Assembly: GCA_052390235.1 (NCBI GenBank)
Contig: JBQTHB010000004.1
Coordinates: 1 to 64,000 of the forward strand
From: Deltaproteobacteria bacterium
Lineage (GTDB): Bacteria; Desulfobacterota_D; UBA1144; Nemesobacterales; CSP1-2
Direction: 5' to 3'
Length of the DNA stretch: 64,000 nt
The position numbers were made by a program, and so were the translations under genes. A model generated the notes under the pieces. It did not search any database. It was not told the origin of the DNA and was given only the letters and a program-made list of their open reading frames with translations. Shown in pieces: positions 60,834 to 64,000 of this stretch. Each line of letters begins with the position of its first letter. Within the stretch, counting starts at the first letter, position 1.

Positions 60834-61961
60834 ATGTCAGAGCTAAACATTGACGACGTTCTCAGGGCGGCGATAAAGGTCGGAGCCTCCGACGTACACC
60901 TCAAAGTGGGGAGCAACCCCGTGTTCCGCTTAAACGGGACTCTGGTATTTCTCAAAGAAGCCCCGCGCATCTCTCAGGACGATATAAAAACCATCGTCTA
61001 TTCCATGATGAACTCGTGGCAGAAAGAGCGGTTCGAGAAAACCAACGAAGCCGACCTCGCCTACAGTCTCCCCGGCGTCTCCCGCTTCAGGGTCAACATA
61101 TTTCAGCAGCGCGGCTCAATTTCCATGGCTGTCCGAGCAATTCCCTTCGAGATACGCGCCTTCGCTGACCTGACACTCCCGGCAGTGATTGAGAAAATCG
61201 CGCAGGAGGAAAGGGGGCTTGTCCTCGTTACGGGAACTACGGGGAGCGGCAAATCCACGACCCTCGCCTCAATTATTGACTACATCAACCTAAACCGCTC
61301 GAAGCACATCATAACTATCGAAGACCCGCTTGAGTATATGCACCGAGACAAAAGTAGCTACATCAACCAGCGCGAAGTGGGTATTGACACCCTTTCATTC
61401 TCCAACGCCATGAGGGCATCGCTCAGAGAAGACCCGGACATCATCCTAGTCGGCGAAATGAGAGACCTCGAAACTATTGAAATCGCCATCTCAGCCGCTG
61501 AGACGGGCCACATGGTCTTATCCACCCTCCACACGCTCGACGCTCAGGAGACGATAAACCGAATTCTCGCCGTTTTCCCGCCGTATCAGCAGAATCAGAT
61601 ACGTTACCAGCTCGCTCAGGTACTAAAAGCCGTCATCTCCCAGAGGCTCATCCCCAGAGCCGACGGCAAGGGGCGCGTGCCGGCGGTCGAGGTGCTGATA
61701 GCGACCGGTAGGATTAGAGACTGCATATCTGACCCCCTTAAAACCAAGGAAATACGAATGGCGATAGAAGAGGGGAATCTCTACTACGGAATGCAGACCT
61801 TCGACCAGTGCCTCTATGACCTGTACAAAAAGGAGCTTATCTCCTACGAAGAGGCGATGAGGCAGGCGACGAATAAAGACGACCTCGCGCTGAAGATAAG
61901 CGGCATCAGCTCCGGGGCGGCGGGGATAGCGACAATGGGAATGTACGGAGAGGGGAGATAA
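60834..61961 (+). CDS. pilT: PilT/PilU-family type IV pilus retraction ATPase
   Basis: ASDVHL, GTTGSGKSTT, TIEDP.EY, LREDPD.ILVGEMRD, STLHT, GMQTFDQ. Confidence 0.9.
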   Translation: MSELNIDDVLRAAIKVGASDVHLKVGSNPVFRLNGTLVFLKEAPRISQDDIKTIVYSMMNSWQKERFEKTNEADLAYSLPGVSRFRVNIFQQRGSISMAVRAIPFEIRAFADLTLPAVIEKIAQEERGLVLVTGTTGSGKSTTLASIIDYINLNRSKHIITIEDPLEYMHRDKSSYINQREVGIDTLSFSNAMRASLREDPDIILVGEMRDLETIEIAISAAETGHMVLSTLHTLDAQETINRILAVFPPYQQNQIRYQLAQVLKAVISQRLIPRADGKGRVPAVEVLIATGRIRDCISDPLKTKEIRMAIEEGNLYYGMQTFDQCLYDLYKKELISYEEAMRQATNKDDLALKISGISSGAAGIATMGMYGEGR

Positions 61962-61968
61962 ATAGCCG

Positions 61969-62664
61969 ATGCTGGTGCTGGGAGTCGAAACCTCGACGTA
62001 TGCCGAAAGTGTCGCCCTTGTGGATGGGGAGGCGGTCTTGGGGGAGCTTTTCGTAAATTCGGGGGGAGGGAATTCAGAGAGTATAGTCCTCATGACAGAT
62101 GCGCTTGTCCGCCAGGTCGGCATAGGCAGGGGCGAGCTTCAGGGGGTTGCAGTCTCGGCCGGGCCCGGGGCTTTTACGCCGCTTAGAATCGGGATGGCGG
62201 CGGCAAAGGGATTTGCCCTTGCGCTGGGTATTCCGATAATAGGGGTGTCGTCGCTCGTAGCTCTTGCGGCGGGGGCGGCTTTTGTGCCTTGGCGGATTTG
62301 TTCTATAATAGATGCGAAAAGGGGCGAGGTTTTCGCCGCGCTCTTTAAGTTTACCGAGGGCGGAGTAGTGGAGAGACTGTCCGATGACGAGCTTACAACG
62401 CCCGACGCGCTCTGCGGAGGGGTGTCGGATAAGACGCTTTTTATAGGGAGCGGCGCGCTTGTGCATCGGGATTATTTATCGCAATCACTCGGCGGATTTG
62501 CGTGCTTTGCTGAGCCGAATATGAATTTCCCAAGGGCGTCCAGCGCTGCCCTGCTCGGGGCTCGCAGGCTTGTTGCCGGAGCGTCGGACGATGTGATGAG
62601 TCTCGCCCCTAGGTATTTAAAGAGGACGGACGCTGAAATTTCCAAAGGGAGGTATATTGCATGA
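61969..62664 (+). CDS. tsaB: tRNA threonylcarbamoyladenosine biosynthesis protein TsaB
   Basis: LGVETST, GPGAFT.LRIG, IDAKRGEV, P.YLK. Confidence 0.92.
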   Translation: MLVLGVETSTYAESVALVDGEAVLGELFVNSGGGNSESIVLMTDALVRQVGIGRGELQGVAVSAGPGAFTPLRIGMAAAKGFALALGIPIIGVSSLVALAAGAAFVPWRICSIIDAKRGEVFAALFKFTEGGVVERLSDDELTTPDALCGGVSDKTLFIGSGALVHRDYLSQSLGGFACFAEPNMNFPRASSAALLGARRLVAGASDDVMSLAPRYLKRTDAEISKGRYIA

Positions 62665-62876
62665 GTGAACAGGAGATAATAGAGAAATTGCTGGAAGGGG
62701 ACGCTAAATTTAAAGAGCTTTGGGCGGAACACCGCAGGCTCGACGACATAGTAAGGGGGCTTGAACAGAAAACCGCTCTATCCCTTGACGAGGAAGCCGA
62801 GGTAAAGAGGCTCAAAAAAATAAAACTCTCGCTCAAAGACCAAATTGAGCTGAAAATCAGGGAAACGGGAAAGTAA
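62661..62876 (+). CDS. DUF465 (YdcH-like) small coiled-coil protein
   Basis: F..L..EH..LD..., LKKIKL.LKDQI. Confidence 0.8.
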   Translation: MSEQEIIEKLLEGDAKFKELWAEHRRLDDIVRGLEQKTALSLDEEAEVKRLKKIKLSLKDQIELKIRETGK

Positions 62877-62899
62877 AAAATTACGGGGGTGAGGTTCTT

Positions 62900-64000
62900 A
62901 TGCCGAGAATGCTTGGCGCGGATATGTTTTTTGAGACTCTACTAGACCACGGGATAGACGTTATATTTGGGCTTCCCGGCGGCTACGTGCTAAAAGTCTA
63001 TGACGTGATGCCGAAATACACGAAGAGGGGATTGGTTCACGTGCTGTCTCGCCATGAGCAGGGGGCGACTCACATGGCTGACGGCTATGCCAGAGCATCG
63101 GGAAGGCCCGGAGTCGTGCTTTGCACCTCGGGCCCTGCCGCAACTAACACGGTTACAGGAATCGCTACGGCTCAGATGGACTCATCTCCGATTGTAGTTT
63201 TCACCGGGCAGGTCCCCACCGCGTACCTCGGAAGCGACGCTTTTCAGGAAGCCGACCACATCGGAATAACACGCCCATGCACTAAGCACAACACCCTAGT
63301 AAGAAAAACAAAAGACCTACCGCGCGCCATTAAAGAGGCATTTCACATTGCTTGCACCGGCAGACCGGGCCCCGTCCTCGTAGATATGCCCAAAGACGTT
63401 CTCATCAGCGAGGACGAGTTTGAAATCCCCCGCGACATAAGCCTCAGGGGCTACAAGCCCACGCTAAAGGGTAATCCCATACAGATAAAACGCGCGATGG
63501 AGATAATAACCGCCGCAAAAAGACCGGTAATATTCGGGGGCGGAGGGCTTATCTGGTCTGAGGCGACGCCGGAGCTAATTGAATTTGTCCACAGGCTGGA
63601 GATTCCAGTGGCGCTCACCTTGATGGGGCTTGGGGCGTATCCCGCAAACGACCCATATTATATGAGTATGTTGGGGATGCACGGCTCTTATAAGGCGAAT
63701 ATGGCGGTTCACGACAGCGATCTTATCATCTCCATCGGGGCTAGATTCGACGATAGGGCAACGGGAGGGAATTTCCCTAAATTCGCCCCTCACGCCAAGA
63801 TTATCCATATTGACATTGACCCCTCGACGATTGATAAAAATATCCGCGTCCACTGCCCAATTGTCGGCGACGCTAAGCAGGTTCTAAAACAGCTCATCGA
63901 GGTCATCCCGCCCGATTTCAAGCCCGACAGACGCGCCTGGTTCGGCACAATTGAGGAGTGGGGCAGGAGCCATCCGCTTGTTCCGAGGCAGAACGGGGAC
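62900..64000 (+). CDS. ilvB: Acetolactate synthase large subunit (3' truncated by window edge)
   Basis: Manual translation MPRMLGADMF...IFGLPGG...RHEQGATHMADGYARASG.PGV...TSGP..TN...DAFQEAD...GMHG...GARFDDR; absent from the ORF track because it has no stop. Confidence 0.95.
   Translation, partial: MPRMLGADMFFETLLDHGIDVIFGLPGGYVLKVYDVMPKYTKRGLVHVLSRHEQGATHMADGYARASGRPGVVLCTSGPAATNTVTGIATAQMDSSPIVVFTGQVPTAYLGSDAFQEADHIGITRPCTKHNTLVRKTKDLPRAIKEAFHIACTGRPGPVLVDMPKDVLISEDEFEIPRDISLRGYKPTLKGNPIQIKRAMEIITAAKRPVIFGGGGLIWSEATPELIEFVHRLEIPVALTLMGLGAYPANDPYYMSMLGMHGSYKANMAVHDSDLIISIGARFDDRATGGNFPKFAPHAKIIHIDIDPSTIDKNIRVHCPIVGDAKQVLKQLIEVIPPDFKPDRRAWFGTIEEWGRSHPLVPRQNGD

Overview
Bacterial chromosomal window, read as deltaproteobacterial-type (Desulfobacterota sensu lato; inferred from gene order and protein style, not verified). 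1-14.8 kb is the core tuf(3' end)-rpmG-tRNA-Trp-secE-nusG-rplKAJL-rpoBC cluster followed by valS. 15-57 kb is a mixed accessory region with four notable modules. (1) A divergent ArgC-like reductase coupled to a stand-alone adenylating enzyme and an acyl carrier protein. (2) A histidine kinase and sigma54 activator upstream of a sigma54 operon encoding a DUF1611-like P-loop protein, ABC exporter, M14 peptidase, HTTM-DCC fusion with a small partner, AlgE-type porin and PhoX. (3) A metal locus: a His/Cys-rich leader ORF whose end is an anti-SD for czcCBA-like genes, followed by TroABCD with winged-helix-fused permeases; both promoters carry tandem DtxR/MntR-like boxes. (4) A sigma54 sulfonate-type ABC importer whose ATPase is fused to a TusA-like sulfur carrier. 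57.5-64 kb is ogt-pgpA-cinA-recA-pilT-tsaB-DUF465-ilvB (truncated). No CRISPR array, IS element, prophage or rRNA was seen. All family assignments come from motif recognition by eye; no database searches were run.
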